DNA of 64,000 nt from Myxococcota bacterium (lineage in GTDB: Bacteria; Myxococcota_A; UBA9160; UBA4427). How positions within the stretch are numbered: position 1 is the stretch's first letter; every line of letters starts with the position of its first letter. The DNA is taken from contig OZ252299.1 in NCBI GenBank assembly GCA_965250285.1, positions 6,016,001 to 6,080,000 of the forward strand. The letters are read 5' to 3'. The notes beneath the pieces are model-generated. The model was not told the DNA's origin. It did not search any database and saw only the letters and a list, made by a program, of their open reading frames with translations. Positions 1 through 13,735 of this stretch are shown piece after piece. Position numbers and translations under genes: made by a program.

Positions 1-1
1 A

Positions 2-1387
<1,386 letters not shown>

Positions 1388-1541
1388 AGAGTCGGCGGCG
1401 GCGGTCCCTCGATCCGCGAACGGTGTCATCGTCTGAGAGGCGGGGAGAAGTCGAGTCACCGGCTGCCCGTGCGCGGGCACCTACCTCGGGGGTCCATTCC
1501 GCCCCTGCGGCCCGGCGGGCCGAGAACTCGGAAGGGACGAC

Positions 1542-2501
1542 ATGGCAGACGAGCAGGCTGAGCCTCGGAGCGCTCTGGTGACCGGCGGTGCCGGGTTCAT
1601 CGGCGGCCACATCGTCGAACGGCTCGTCCGCGAGGGATGGCAGGTGCGCGTGCTCGACGACTTCTCGAGCGGTCGCGAGGCCAACCTCGCCGCCGTCGCC
1701 GGTCGGGTGGAGCTGCTTCGCGGCGACCTTGCGGACGAGACCGTGCTCGACCAGGCGCTGTCGGGCGTCGACGTCGTGTTCCACGAAGGCGCGATCGCGT
1801 CGGTGCCGCAGTCGGTCGACGACCCGGTGCGGACCCATCACGTGAACCTCACGGGCACGCTTCGCGTGCTCGAGGGCGCGCGGCGCCACGGCGTCTCTCG
1901 GGTCGTGTTCGCCGCGTCGTCCGCTGCGTATGGCAACGACGAGACGCTGCCCAAGCGCGAATCCCAGAAGCCCGACCTGCTCTCTCCCTACGCCGCGCAG
2001 AAGTACGGATCGGAGATCTACCTCCAGCTCTTCCACGAGCTGTACGGGCTCGAGACCGTCGCGCTGCGGTACTTCAACGTCTACGGCCCGCGGCAGGACC
2101 CGAAGAGCGACTACGCCGCCGTGATCCCGCTCTTCATCTCGGCCGCGCTCAGGGGCGACACGCTGCGCATCCACGGCGACGGCGAGCAGACCCGCGACTT
2201 CGTCTTCATCGACGACGTGGTCGAGGCGAATCTGCGGGCCGCCCGGGCCGAGGGGGCGGGGGGCGGCGTCTACAACGTCGCGAGCGGGCGCCGGACCAGC
2301 GTGAACGACCTCGTGCGGGCCATCGAGCAGGGCGTCGGTCGAAAGATCGACGTCGAGTACGGTGAGGCGCGCGCCGGAGACGTCAAGCACAGCTGGGCGG
2401 ATATCGAAGCCACGCGCGCCGCTCTGGGCTACGCACCCGGTGTCGAGCTCGAAACCGGGCTCGAGCGCACGATCGAGAGCTTCCGCGACGAGCTGGGCTG
2501 A
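1542..2501 (+). CDS. NAD-dependent nucleotide-sugar epimerase/dehydratase (UDP-Glc/GlcNAc 4-epimerase-like extended SDR)
   Basis: VTGGAGFIG, SPYAAQK (YxxxK), LRYFNVYGPRQDP, GDGEQTRDF. Confidence 0.93.
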   Translation: MADEQAEPRSALVTGGAGFIGGHIVERLVREGWQVRVLDDFSSGREANLAAVAGRVELLRGDLADETVLDQALSGVDVVFHEGAIASVPQSVDDPVRTHHVNLTGTLRVLEGARRHGVSRVVFAASSAAYGNDETLPKRESQKPDLLSPYAAQKYGSEIYLQLFHELYGLETVALRYFNVYGPRQDPKSDYAAVIPLFISAALRGDTLRIHGDGEQTRDFVFIDDVVEANLRAARAEGAGGGVYNVASGRRTSVNDLVRAIEQGVGRKIDVEYGEARAGDVKHSWADIEATRAALGYAPGVELETGLERTIESFRDELG

Positions 2502-2553
2502 GGGGCAGGGGTGGCCCCGTGAACCGGCTCCGCGCACCCGAGGATCCCTGCAC

Positions 2554-3870
2554 ATGAACGTCACTGTGATCGGTACGGGCTACGTCGGCCTCGTCACCGG
2601 TGCCTGTTTCTCCGAGTTCGGAGTGCAGGTCACCTGCGTCGACCAGGATGCCGACAAGATCGCCGCGCTCGAGCGAGGTGAGATCCCGATCTACGAGCCC
2701 GGTCTCGAAGATCTGGTGCGGCGCAACGGGCAAGCCGGTCGTCTGCTGTTCACGACCGATGGGGCCGAAGCGATCGCGAATGCGCTCGTGATCTTCATTG
2801 CCGTCGGAACGCCCCAGGCCGCCGACGGCAGCACGAACCTCGATTACATCGAGTCGGCGGCGCGTGGCATCGGTCGTTCGATCGACGGGTACAAGCTCGT
2901 CGTGACCAAGAGCACGGTGCCGGTCGGAACGGCGGCGAAGGTCCGCAGTTGGATCCAGGAGGAGCTGGACGCGCGCGGATCGGAAATCACGTTCAGCGTG
3001 GCGTCGAACCCCGAGTTTCTGCGCGAGGGCGCGGCGATTGGCGACTTCATGCGGCCCGACCGCGTCGTCGTCGGAACCGATCCGGAAGACGACCACGCGC
3101 TGGCGATCATGAAGGATCTCTACCGGCCGCTCTTCCTCAACGAGACGCCTTTCGTTCTGACGAACATTCCCACGGCCGAGCTGGCGAAGTACGCGGGCAA
3201 TGCGTTCCTCGCGACCAAGATCTCGTTCATCAACGAGATGTCGCTCATCTGCGAGCAGGTCGGCGGCGACGTGCAGGCCATCGCGCGGGCGATGGGTCTC
3301 GATCGACGCATCGGTCCGAAGTTTCTGCATGCGGGGCCTGGCTACGGGGGTTCGTGCTTTCCGAAGGACACGCACTCGGTCGCCCACTTCGCCGGTGAGC
3401 TGGGCGTCGACTTCAAGATCGCGAAGGCCGTCATCGAGGCGAACCAGCGCCAGCGCGTCGCGATGGTCGACAAGATCGTGGCGGCGCTCGACGGCGAGGT
3501 CGAGGGACGGCGCATCGCCGTGCTGGGCCTCTCGTTCAAGCCCGAGACCGACGACGTCCGCGAAGCGCCCGCCGTCGACATCGTGCGTGCGCTGCAGGAG
3601 CGCGGCGCCGAGGTGTGCGCGTTCGATCCCCACGCGATGGAGGAGGCCGCGAAGGTCCTGCCCGAGCTGAGGCTGTGCAAAGACAGCTACGAGGCCTGCG
3701 ACGGGGCCGACCTGCTCGCGATCGTGACCGAGTGGAACGAGTTTCGCGCGCTCGATCTCGGCCGGGTTCGGGGGCTGATGCGCTCGCCGCGGCTGGTCGA
3801 CATGCGCAACATCTACGAGCCTGCGACGGTGCGCGCGGCCGGCCTCGAGTACTGGAGCGTCGGCCGATGA
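2554..3870 (+). CDS. ugd: UDP-glucose 6-dehydrogenase
   Basis: IGTGYVGLV, KSTVPVGT, SNPEFLREG, GYGGSCFPKD; ATG at 2554. Confidence 0.95.
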   Translation: MNVTVIGTGYVGLVTGACFSEFGVQVTCVDQDADKIAALERGEIPIYEPGLEDLVRRNGQAGRLLFTTDGAEAIANALVIFIAVGTPQAADGSTNLDYIESAARGIGRSIDGYKLVVTKSTVPVGTAAKVRSWIQEELDARGSEITFSVASNPEFLREGAAIGDFMRPDRVVVGTDPEDDHALAIMKDLYRPLFLNETPFVLTNIPTAELAKYAGNAFLATKISFINEMSLICEQVGGDVQAIARAMGLDRRIGPKFLHAGPGYGGSCFPKDTHSVAHFAGELGVDFKIAKAVIEANQRQRVAMVDKIVAALDGEVEGRRIAVLGLSFKPETDDVREAPAVDIVRALQERGAEVCAFDPHAMEEAAKVLPELRLCKDSYEACDGADLLAIVTEWNEFRALDLGRVRGLMRSPRLVDMRNIYEPATVRAAGLEYWSVGR

Positions 3871-3913
3871 CGGGTCGAAGTCGCGCGAACGCGTGCCGAC
3901 CGAGCGCGCGTCG

Positions 3914-5056
3914 ATGAGCCGAGCCAAGGCACCGGCCCTGCATGCGGTCGTCATCGCCGGCGGCGCCGGGGAGCGATTCTGGCCCGCGTCGCGGCGACAC
4001 CGACCCAAGCCCTTCCTGCGGGTCGTCGGCGGGCGCACGCTGCTCGGCGCGACGCTCGCGCGTGCGCGCCGATTCGCCCGAGGTGACCGCGTCTGGATCG
4101 TGTGTGGCAAGGAGCACGCGAAGGCGATGCGCGAGGAGAGCGGGCTGCCGCCGAGCCGCGTGCTCGTCGAGCCCGAGCGGCGCAACACGGCGATGGCCGT
4201 CGCGTGGGCGGCGCAGCGGATCGCCGCCGAAGATCCCGACGCCGTGATGGCGGTGCTGTCGGCCGACCACCACATCCCCGACGACCGCGCGTTCGCGGTC
4301 GACATCCGCCGCGCCGCGAAGGCAGCCGCCGAAGAGCACGTGCTGGTCACGCTCGGGGTGCGCCCGACGCGCCCCGATCCGGGCCTCGGCTACATCCAGA
4401 CCGGCCCGGCGGCCGGGGAGGCGTACCCGGGGCTGCGCCGGGTCGCGCGCTTCGTCGAGAAGCCCGACCTCGCGACCGCGAAGAAGTACGTATCGAGCGG
4501 TCGATTCCTCTGGAACGCGGGCATCTTCATCTGGCGGGCCCAGGCGGTGCTCGACGAGATCCGCAGCTGCGCCCCCGATCTGCACCGCGCGCTGGCGCCG
4601 CTGCGCAAGCAGCCGCGCGGGCGCAACCGAGACGCCGTGCTCGCGACGTATCGCCGCGCGCCGAGCCATCCGATCGATACGGCGGTCATGGAGCGCAGCG
4701 ACCGCGTCTGGACCGTACCGGTGGAATTCGAGTGGAGCGACGTCGGGACCTGGTCCTCGCTGGCCGAGCGACTGGGTGTGGGCACCCCCGATGTCGAAGA
4801 ATCGGCCGCAAAACGCCGCCGAGGTGCGCGAGGGGATGCGCAGGGGAACCGCGTGATCGCGGGCGACGTCCTGACCGAGGAAGCCGGGGGGAACCTCGTA
4901 TGGGGCGGCGATCGACTGATTGCGCTGCTCGGCGTCGACGACCTCGCGGTCATCGATACGGACGACGTGATCCTGATCACACAGCTATCGCGCAGTTCGG
5001 ACGTTCGGCGAATCGTGGCGGCGCTGAAGGCGGCCGGAAGAGATCGGCTCACCTGA
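3914..5056 (+). CDS. manC: Mannose-1-phosphate guanylyltransferase (no C-terminal cupin)
   Basis: IAGGAGERFWPASR, EPERRNTA, SADHHI, FVEKPD, WNAGIF, WSDVGTW. Confidence 0.93.
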   Translation: MSRAKAPALHAVVIAGGAGERFWPASRRHRPKPFLRVVGGRTLLGATLARARRFARGDRVWIVCGKEHAKAMREESGLPPSRVLVEPERRNTAMAVAWAAQRIAAEDPDAVMAVLSADHHIPDDRAFAVDIRRAAKAAAEEHVLVTLGVRPTRPDPGLGYIQTGPAAGEAYPGLRRVARFVEKPDLATAKKYVSSGRFLWNAGIFIWRAQAVLDEIRSCAPDLHRALAPLRKQPRGRNRDAVLATYRRAPSHPIDTAVMERSDRVWTVPVEFEWSDVGTWSSLAERLGVGTPDVEESAAKRRRGARGDAQGNRVIAGDVLTEEAGGNLVWGGDRLIALLGVDDLAVIDTDDVILITQLSRSSDVRRIVAALKAAGRDRLT

Positions 5057-5316
5057 GGCGCCCGCGGGAGCAGACGAGGGCGCCACGAGTGCGTACCCTC
5101 TCGATGGTCCGGCGGCTCGCCACGAACGGCCTGTGCAGATGGGACCCGCAGGCCGTGGGCAGCGCGTGCGCAGACGGGTGGGCCTCCTCACGAGGCAGGT
5201 CAGGCAGGAACGACGCCACTCCGCGGCTCAACGCAACGCACGTGTCCCGCCGCTGCACCCGGCGGACACGAGACGTCACCGGTCGAGAGCCCCGTGGCGT
5301 GAGAGGGAGACACCGA

Positions 5317-5994
5317 ATGAGCGAACCGATCGGTCGCAAGAAAGAAGCCATCGAGAGTCTCCGCGCGATCCCGCTGTTCTCGCGGGTGAGCGAGACCGAC
5401 CTCGAGGAGATCGCGGCGCATCTCATCGAGCGGCGCTTCCCCAAGCACACGACCGTGGTCGAAGAGGGCCTCGCGGGCGACTACATGTACGTGATTCGCC
5501 AGGGTCGCGTGAAGGTCACCAAGGCCTCTGATGACGGGCGCGAGAAGATCATGCAGTTCATGGAGACCGGAGACTTCTTCGGCGAGATGGCGCTGCTCTC
5601 GAACGACCCGCGATCGGCGAGCGTGAAGACGCTCGAGCCGAGCGTACTGCTGGCCCTGTCTCGCCGAGACTTCATCGAACAGCTGCGACAGAGCCCCGAT
5701 CTGGCGCTCGCCGTGATCGGTGAGCTGACGGACCGACTGCGCGAGACGAACGAGCAGGCGAGCTCGATGTCGTTCCAGGGCGTGAAGGATCGCACGCGGG
5801 GCCTCTTCGAGCGCATCGCGCGCGAGGAGCCCGCCCGCGCCGGTCAGCGCATGACGCCGGCGATGACTCACCAGCAGATCGCCGACATGATCGGTACGTC
5901 GCGCGAGACCGTCACACGCGCGATCAAGCAGCTGAAGGACGACGGCTGGCTCGGCCAGGAAGGCAAGCGCTACGTCATTCCCGGGGGCCCCTGA
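5317..5994 (+). CDS. Crp/Fnr family transcriptional regulator
   Basis: cNMP-binding motif FFGEMALL...PRSASV; HTH IADMIGTSRETVTR; SD-like GAGGGAG upstream. Confidence 0.93.
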   Translation: MSEPIGRKKEAIESLRAIPLFSRVSETDLEEIAAHLIERRFPKHTTVVEEGLAGDYMYVIRQGRVKVTKASDDGREKIMQFMETGDFFGEMALLSNDPRSASVKTLEPSVLLALSRRDFIEQLRQSPDLALAVIGELTDRLRETNEQASSMSFQGVKDRTRGLFERIAREEPARAGQRMTPAMTHQQIADMIGTSRETVTRAIKQLKDDGWLGQEGKRYVIPGGP

Positions 5995-6129
5995 ACCCGG
6001 GCCACGCCGACGCTCGGTCGCATCGAGGCGGCCGGCCTCGGCCTCAGACCCGGCCCCGGCGGCGGGATCCGACCGCCGCGGTCGCTCGGCCTCTCCACTC
6101 GGCTCCTCCACTGGGCATCTAAATCTCGA

Positions 6130-6158
6130 CTCAGGCTCGACGCGGCATTCGCCGATGT
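6130..6158 (+). promoter_or_regulatory. Putative sigma28(FliA/WhiG)-like promoter
   Basis: CTCAG-N16-GCCGATGT, about 60 nt before the NtrC-type gene. Confidence 0.55.
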
Positions 6159-6217
6159 TCGAGTGTGATGTGTTGTGATCCCACTCTGCCCGCGCGGCCC
6201 GCCTGGCGGTGGCCCGC

Positions 6218-7693
<1,476 letters not shown>

Positions 7694-7884
7694 GTGGCCA
7701 TGGGGTCGCGCGGGCCGATCGAGGCGGGTGCCGGGTGCAGCGCACCCGGTCGTGAACAATCGGTGTCCAGGGTCGGGGAAACGCCGTAGGTCACCGGGTT
7801 TTCGGTGGTATTCCGGCCTCCGATCGAGCAGACTCTGGGGCCGTTTTTTTGGGGTCGAACGGGGCTTCCCCCGTCGGAACGAGG

Positions 7885-10434
7885 ATGACCGTGATGTTCC
7901 AGAGGCGTGAGGCGGACCGACGCGAGCGGCGTGCGCAGATTCGATGGCTCGGCGTGGCACTGGTACTCGTGGCCACGGCTCTGGTCGTCGCGTGCAAGAC
8001 CGACAAGCAGAAGATCGAGGCCTTCAAGGAGCAGGCGGAGGCGTACGTCGAGGAGGAGAAGTTCCGCGAGGCGGTCATCGAATACCGCAACGTGCTGCAG
8101 ATCGATCCGAACGACGTCGACGCACACCGCGGTCTCGCCAAGACCTACCTGCAGCTGGGCTCCGTCAACGATGCCTACTGGGAGTTCTCGGAGACGATTC
8201 GACTCGATCCCACCGACCGCGATTCGCGCAACGCCTACGCGGCGATCTCACTGGCGAATGGTCGCTACGACGTCGTGCTCGAGCAGGGCGACGCCATGGT
8301 CGCGCAGGATCCCGACGACGAGATCGGCTACGTGCTGCAGGCACAGGCGTACGAGCGCCTGGGGCGCGAGGCCGAGGTCGAGCCGCTGATGCGCCAGATC
8401 ATCGCGGATCATCCCGAGAAGGCCGAGTACCGGCTGCTGCTCTCGAACTTCTACCTGCGCCAGGGACAGATCGACAAGGCCCTCGCCGAGGCCGAGGCGG
8501 CCCGCGAAGTCGACGAGTCGTTCGGTGTGATGACCCAGCTGATCCGCGTCACCGCCAACACCGAGAACGCCGACGACCAGATCGAGGCGTACATCCGACG
8601 CGCGATCGACATCTCGAACGAAGACTATGCCGAGACCGCCGGCGACGAGTTTCCCGTCGACAAGCGCGGCGAGGCGTATCGGCTGGGCACCAACTGGTAC
8701 GTGCTGCAGGACCGCGTCGACGATGGCGTGGTGCTCCTCGAAGAAGCCAGCCAGAAGATCGAGCCCGAGAACGAGGCCTGGCTCGAGCTGATGTTCATGC
8801 TCGCCGGGCTCCACCGGGATCATGGCCGTCACGACGAGGCGGCCGAGGTCATGCGGCGGGCGGCCGCTTCCGACGCTGGCAATCCCGATCCCTATCTGGT
8901 GCTCTCGACCTACCGCGCGGGTGAGGAAGACTTCGAGGGGGCGCTCGAAGCCGCGGAGCAGGCGCTCGCGGTCGATCCGACTTCGTTGAAGACGCGCCTG
9001 CGTCACGCCGAGGCGCTCGTCGAGTTCGGCACGGGTCGTCAGGATCCCGAAAAGCTGGAGGCGGGCCGGGCCGAGATCACCACGATCCTCGAAGAGAACC
9101 CGGGCCTGCCCGAGGCGCTCTTCGTGATCGCCAAGGTGGCGCTGGCCGAGCAGAACGTCGACGGCGCGATCGAGGCGCTCTCTGCCTGCATCGAGGCCAA
9201 GCCCGATTGGCCCCAGGCGCGGCTGCTGCTGGGCACCGCCCTGATGGCCCAGGGCGAGATGGCCCGCGCCCGCGTCGAGCTGGCGCTGGCGCTCGAGCTC
9301 GAGCCGTCGCTGCTCGTCGCGCGACGGGCGTTGATTCGCATCCACTCCGCCCTGAACGAGCACGAGTACGCAATCGACCAGGGTCGCATGTACCTCAAGC
9401 GCCGTCCCGATGACGAAGAGATTCGCGTCGTGTTGGCCCAGAGCCTGATTCGCCTCGGGCGCATCGAAGAGGCGAAGGAAGTGCTGCTCGAGATGCCCGC
9501 CGACGGTATGCAGGCGCAGGGCGTTTTTGCGCTCGCGCGCATCGAGATGGCGACCGGCAACCGGGTGAAGGCGCGCGAGCTGCTCGAGCAGATCGAGGCC
9601 GAGATGCCGCACCACGTGAAGGTGATCCAGAGCTTTGCGGCGCTCGACCGCGTCGAGGGCCGCATGGACGAGACCCACGCGCGCGTAGCGGCTGCGGTCG
9701 AGGCGAATCCCGAAGACGCTGCACTGATGGAGCTGGCGGGCGTGATCGCGGCGAGCGAGGGCGACCTCGAGCTGGCCGAACAGCGCTACCGCAAAGCCAT
9801 CGAGATCGACCCGGGGATGCTCGAGGCGTACTCGAAGCTCGCCACGATCTACAGCTCGCAGGGGCGCATCGACGAGACGATCGAGATCTACAAGGCCGCC
9901 GTCGCCGAGGATCCCGACGCCGCGGCCGCGCATCACTTCCTCGCCGTGCTGTACGAGATGACCGCCAAGCGCGACCTTGCGCTCGAGCACTACGAGGCCG
10001 CCATCGCGGCCGACGACTCGATGTCCGAGTCGAAGAACAATCTGGCCTACCTGCTCGCGACGAGTGGGCGTGACCTCGACCGCGCGCTGACGCTCGCGCA
10101 GGAGGCGAAGGCCGCCATGCCGGGCAACCCGAATACGGCCGACACGCTGGGCTGGGTGCTCCTCAAGCGCGGCGTGCCCTCCGCGGCGACGGGCTACTTC
10201 CGAGAGGCGCTCGCCAACATGCCGCCCGACCACGAGTCGCGCGGCGAGGTCGGCTATCACCTCGGCCTCTCGTACGCGGCGGCCGGTGAGAGCGACGACG
10301 CGGTCGCGGCGTTCGAGACGGCGCTGCAGTACCTCGACAGCCAGCTCGACGCAGCCCAGGCCGCGGGTCAGACGGTCGGCGAGCCGCCGTGGGCGAGCCA
10401 GGCGCGGGCCGAGCTTCAGAAGCTCCAGAGCTGA
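7885..10434 (+). CDS. Large TPR-repeat (lipo)protein, PrsT-like
   Basis: Hydrophobic signal ending LVVAC; many TPR-like helical repeats; C-terminal NNLAYLL...ADTLGWVL as in PrsT-type proteins; start uncertain. Confidence 0.75.
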   Translation: MTVMFQRREADRRERRAQIRWLGVALVLVATALVVACKTDKQKIEAFKEQAEAYVEEEKFREAVIEYRNVLQIDPNDVDAHRGLAKTYLQLGSVNDAYWEFSETIRLDPTDRDSRNAYAAISLANGRYDVVLEQGDAMVAQDPDDEIGYVLQAQAYERLGREAEVEPLMRQIIADHPEKAEYRLLLSNFYLRQGQIDKALAEAEAAREVDESFGVMTQLIRVTANTENADDQIEAYIRRAIDISNEDYAETAGDEFPVDKRGEAYRLGTNWYVLQDRVDDGVVLLEEASQKIEPENEAWLELMFMLAGLHRDHGRHDEAAEVMRRAAASDAGNPDPYLVLSTYRAGEEDFEGALEAAEQALAVDPTSLKTRLRHAEALVEFGTGRQDPEKLEAGRAEITTILEENPGLPEALFVIAKVALAEQNVDGAIEALSACIEAKPDWPQARLLLGTALMAQGEMARARVELALALELEPSLLVARRALIRIHSALNEHEYAIDQGRMYLKRRPDDEEIRVVLAQSLIRLGRIEEAKEVLLEMPADGMQAQGVFALARIEMATGNRVKARELLEQIEAEMPHHVKVIQSFAALDRVEGRMDETHARVAAAVEANPEDAALMELAGVIAASEGDLELAEQRYRKAIEIDPGMLEAYSKLATIYSSQGRIDETIEIYKAAVAEDPDAAAAHHFLAVLYEMTAKRDLALEHYEAAIAADDSMSESKNNLAYLLATSGRDLDRALTLAQEAKAAMPGNPNTADTLGWVLLKRGVPSAATGYFREALANMPPDHESRGEVGYHLGLSYAAAGESDDAVAAFETALQYLDSQLDAAQAAGQTVGEPPWASQARAELQKLQS

Positions 10435-10590
10435 TCCCGCCTGCGGCGCGCCCCGATCGGAGGGGCCGCCGCGGCATGGGGCCTGATTCCCCGCGGGCGA
10501 TTCGCTGAGCGGCTCTTCGGCGTGTGTGGCGACCTCGGGCACGCCCGAGACGCTGAGCTGCCCACCGCGGTGCTCCCATACACAACGCCA

Positions 10591-10619
10591 CTCAACCCTC
10601 GCTCCCGAGACGCCGATAG
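10591..10619 (+). promoter_or_regulatory. Putative sigma28-like promoter
   Basis: CTCAA-N16-GCCGATAG upstream of LysM-dprA. Confidence 0.6.
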
Positions 10620-10747
10620 GTTCGACGCACACCTGCGCGTGACACGCGTTTCGCGTGCCCGCTCGTGCGCGGCTTCGCCCATCTCGGGCGCGGGCTGCGG
10701 CGATGGGGCAGCGGAGCGATCGACGTGCACGCTCGTGGAGGGATGGC

Positions 10748-12316
10748 ATGAGAACCTGGATGCTTCTGTCGCTGGTGACCGTGAGCTTGATGCTCACCGC
10801 GCCCGCGCTGGCCGACGATGGGCTGGGGCTCGACTTCGACGACGCGGGTCTCGGACTCGAGCCGCAGGCGGCCCCGGCCGCCGAGCCGCCGGCGCAGGCC
10901 GAGCTGCCGGCGCAGGCCGAGGCGACGCCGCAGCCGCCGACCGCGACCGCCCCCGACGCCCCGGCACCGTCGGCCGACGTCGATCCCGCCGTCGCGGCGA
11001 TGGAGAAGGAGCTGGAGGCCGAGGCTGAGGCCGCCGTCGGTCCCGACCCCGAGCTTCAGGCCCTCGAGCAGTCGTACGGCGAGCACAGCGATGCGCCGGC
11101 GACCACGCCCGAGGCCGACAGCGGCATGATGGCGATCGACGACACGCCGCCCGACACCGACATGCACAGCGAGCCCGCGACCGAGGCGGCACCCGCCCGC
11201 GCGATCACGCTCGGTCCGATGGGCGTCGACGACGAAGGCCGGGTCGGCCGCATCCATACGGTGTCCACGGGCGACACGCTCTGGGACATCTCGAACGCCT
11301 ACCTCGGCACGCCCTGGGTCTGGCCGTCGGTCTGGAACGACAACGATGGCATCTCGAACCCGCACCGCATCTCGCCGGGTGATCACATCTGGATCACGGC
11401 CGGCGAGATGCGCGTCGTGACCGACGCGCAGCGCGATCAGCTCATCGACGCCGTCCCCGAAGACGTGGCCGACGAGGAGATCGAGTGGGACGAAGAGATC
11501 GAAGACGACGTGCCCGCCGCGCTCGGCGAGGATGACGAGCTCATGGCTGCGAGCGAGCCGACCGACATGGACGAGCTGCCCGTCACCGTGCCCGCCGATA
11601 CCCCCGATGCGTCGCCGACCGGCGCCATGGTGCGCGTGAGCGAGGCCGAGAGCCTGGGCTTCGTCTCGCCCGACACGATCGACGCGGCGGCCAGCATCGT
11701 CGACAGCTCGGTGCTGCGCACCTGGCTCGTCGACGGCGACGAGATCTACATCGGCCTCGGCGAGGGCGAGGTGCAGGCCGGCGACGAGTACACGATCTAT
11801 CGCGACGCCGATGCCGTGCGCGATCTCGATGGCACGCTGCTCGGCTACCACGTCGAGGTGCTCGGCTGGGCGGTGGTGCGCGAGGTCGAGGCCGAGTCGG
11901 CCAAGGCCGAGATCCGCATGAGCCAGTCGGAGATTCGCCGCGGCGACCTCGTGATCCCGCGCGACCCGATCAACATCAACGTGCCCGTCAAGGACTCGCC
12001 CGACATGGTGCCCGGCAACGTCGTGTACCTGCCCGATAGCCGAACGGCGATGGGCGATGGCGAATGGGTCTACGTGAACCGCGGTGACCTGCACGGCGTC
12101 GAGCCGGGCACCGAGCTCGAAGCGTACGAGCCCGGCCGCATGCTCATGGACAAGGGCAAGCGCCAGAAGGTGCTGACGCCCGACAACGTCGTGGCGAAGC
12201 TGATCGTCGTCGACACTCAGCCGGACAGCGCGGTGGCCTACATCGTCCACTCGCGTCGTCCGATCGAGATTGGCGACAAGGTGCGCCCGCACACGAAGAA
12301 GCTCGCTCAGCGCTGA
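10748..12316 (+). CDS. Secreted LysM-domain protein, TsaP-like (type IV pilus secretin-associated)
   Basis: Signal peptide (APALA/DD); HTVSTGDTLWDISNAYLGTPWVWPSVW..N..ISNPHRISPGD LysM; beta-rich C-terminus; adjacent to dprA as is common for tsaP. Confidence 0.8.
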   Translation: MRTWMLLSLVTVSLMLTAPALADDGLGLDFDDAGLGLEPQAAPAAEPPAQAELPAQAEATPQPPTATAPDAPAPSADVDPAVAAMEKELEAEAEAAVGPDPELQALEQSYGEHSDAPATTPEADSGMMAIDDTPPDTDMHSEPATEAAPARAITLGPMGVDDEGRVGRIHTVSTGDTLWDISNAYLGTPWVWPSVWNDNDGISNPHRISPGDHIWITAGEMRVVTDAQRDQLIDAVPEDVADEEIEWDEEIEDDVPAALGEDDELMAASEPTDMDELPVTVPADTPDASPTGAMVRVSEAESLGFVSPDTIDAAASIVDSSVLRTWLVDGDEIYIGLGEGEVQAGDEYTIYRDADAVRDLDGTLLGYHVEVLGWAVVREVEAESAKAEIRMSQSEIRRGDLVIPRDPININVPVKDSPDMVPGNVVYLPDSRTAMGDGEWVYVNRGDLHGVEPGTELEAYEPGRMLMDKGKRQKVLTPDNVVAKLIVVDTQPDSAVAYIVHSRRPIEIGDKVRPHTKKLAQR

Positions 12317-12446
12317 ACCGCGACGCTCCGAGCGCGTCCTGGCGGCGGTCTCCTCGCGGAGGCCGCCGCTTTGCGTTGTGAAGCGGGTCGTCGCCCGGCA
12401 CCGCGCGAGTTGCTACTGAAGCCCGTCCCGGTCCCCGGAGCCCCTC

Positions 12447-13628
12447 ATGGACGCCCCGATCGACCCCGGCACCACCGACCCTGCTTCAATGGCTCGCTGT
12501 GAGGCATGGCTCGTGCTGCACCGGGCCCTGGCGTTCGAGCCCGAGCGCGCGAGCGCGCTGCTCGCCGTGCACGCCGACCCGGCCGAGGCCCTGGCGGCGG
12601 CCGGCGTGATCGCGGCGCTGAGCGGCCCCGAGGCGCGGCACGACCGCGACACGCTCGCGCGCGTGGGTGCGTCGGTCGTGCCCTCGACCCATGCGGCCTA
12701 TCCCGCCTCGCTGCGCCCGCTCGTCGACGCGCCCCCCGTGCTCTGCGTGCGCGGCGACGTCGGGGTGTTGCAGCGTCCGGCGGTCGCGATCGTCGGCGCT
12801 CGCGCAGCGACGGTGGAAGGCCTCGACACCGCCCAGGCGGTCGCATTCGAGCTCGCACGCCGCGGTCTCGTCATCGTCTCCGGCCTCGCGCGCGGGATCG
12901 ACGCGGCGGCCCATCGCGGCGCGCTCGAGGCCGGTGGCGAGACCGTCGCCGTGCAGGCGTGTGGGGCCGACCGCGTGTATCCCCCCGAGCATCGCGACCT
13001 CGCGCGCCGCATCGCCGGCCAGGGGGCGGTCGTGAGTGAGTTGCCGGTGGGGACGCCGCCGCGCGCGCCTCACTTTCCGCTGCGCAACCGTCTGATCAGC
13101 GGCCTCGCGCTCGCGGTGATCGTCGTCGAGGCGCGCCTGCGCAGTGGCTCGCTCGTGACCGCAGCGCACGCGCTCGCGCAGGGTCGAGAGGTGCTCGCGG
13201 TACCCGGGGCGCTGCGCGCGCCCACCAGCGAAGGACCCAACCGCCTGCTGCGCGACGGCGCCCGCCCGATGCTCGAAGCCGACGACGTGATCGACGCTCT
13301 GCCGCCCGGGTTGGCGTCGAGCCTGCAAGCCGATGCGGCGGAGCCGGTCGATGCGGCGGAGCCTCAAGCGTCGCCCGGCCGCGTCCTGTCGGCGCGCCCG
13401 CTGGACGCGCGCGACCGAGCGCTCGTCGCCGCGCTCGAGCGCTGCGCGCAGGGTCGAGACGGCCTGGTGCGGACGCTCGGCTGGACGGTATCGGAGGTCT
13501 CTGCGCGGCTGCTCTCGCTCGAGGTCGAAGGCCGCGTGGTTCAAGATCGCGACGGTCGCTTCAAGCCCCGCTCGGCGACGCGCCGGCGTCGCCGGGCCTC
13601 TGCACCGCGGGGCTCCGGGGCCGCGTAG
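12447..13628 (+). CDS. dprA: DNA-processing protein DprA/Smf
   Basis: VAIVGAR, IVSGLARGIDAAAHRGAL, FPLRNRLISGL, VVEA..SGSL.TA. Confidence 0.95.
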   Translation: MDAPIDPGTTDPASMARCEAWLVLHRALAFEPERASALLAVHADPAEALAAAGVIAALSGPEARHDRDTLARVGASVVPSTHAAYPASLRPLVDAPPVLCVRGDVGVLQRPAVAIVGARAATVEGLDTAQAVAFELARRGLVIVSGLARGIDAAAHRGALEAGGETVAVQACGADRVYPPEHRDLARRIAGQGAVVSELPVGTPPRAPHFPLRNRLISGLALAVIVVEARLRSGSLVTAAHALAQGREVLAVPGALRAPTSEGPNRLLRDGARPMLEADDVIDALPPGLASSLQADAAEPVDAAEPQASPGRVLSARPLDARDRALVAALERCAQGRDGLVRTLGWTVSEVSARLLSLEVEGRVVQDRDGRFKPRSATRRRRRASAPRGSGAA

Positions 13629-13735
13629 GTCGCTCGAAGTCGGCTTCGCTATCGTCCCTGAGATCCCCCGTAGCGACGAAGCGCCCAACGCCGACCGAAG
13701 CGATGGTCGAGGGGGCGCGGCGCAGCGAGCCCAAC

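Noticed and set aside
5227..5256. Sigma28-like motif or riboswitch upstream of crp
   Set aside because: Spacer is 17 nt with GCCGCT mismatch; hairpins present but no riboswitch or SRP consensus recognised
6164..6189. CRP site (two TGTGA half-sites)
   Set aside because: No TCACA at 6-nt spacing for either half
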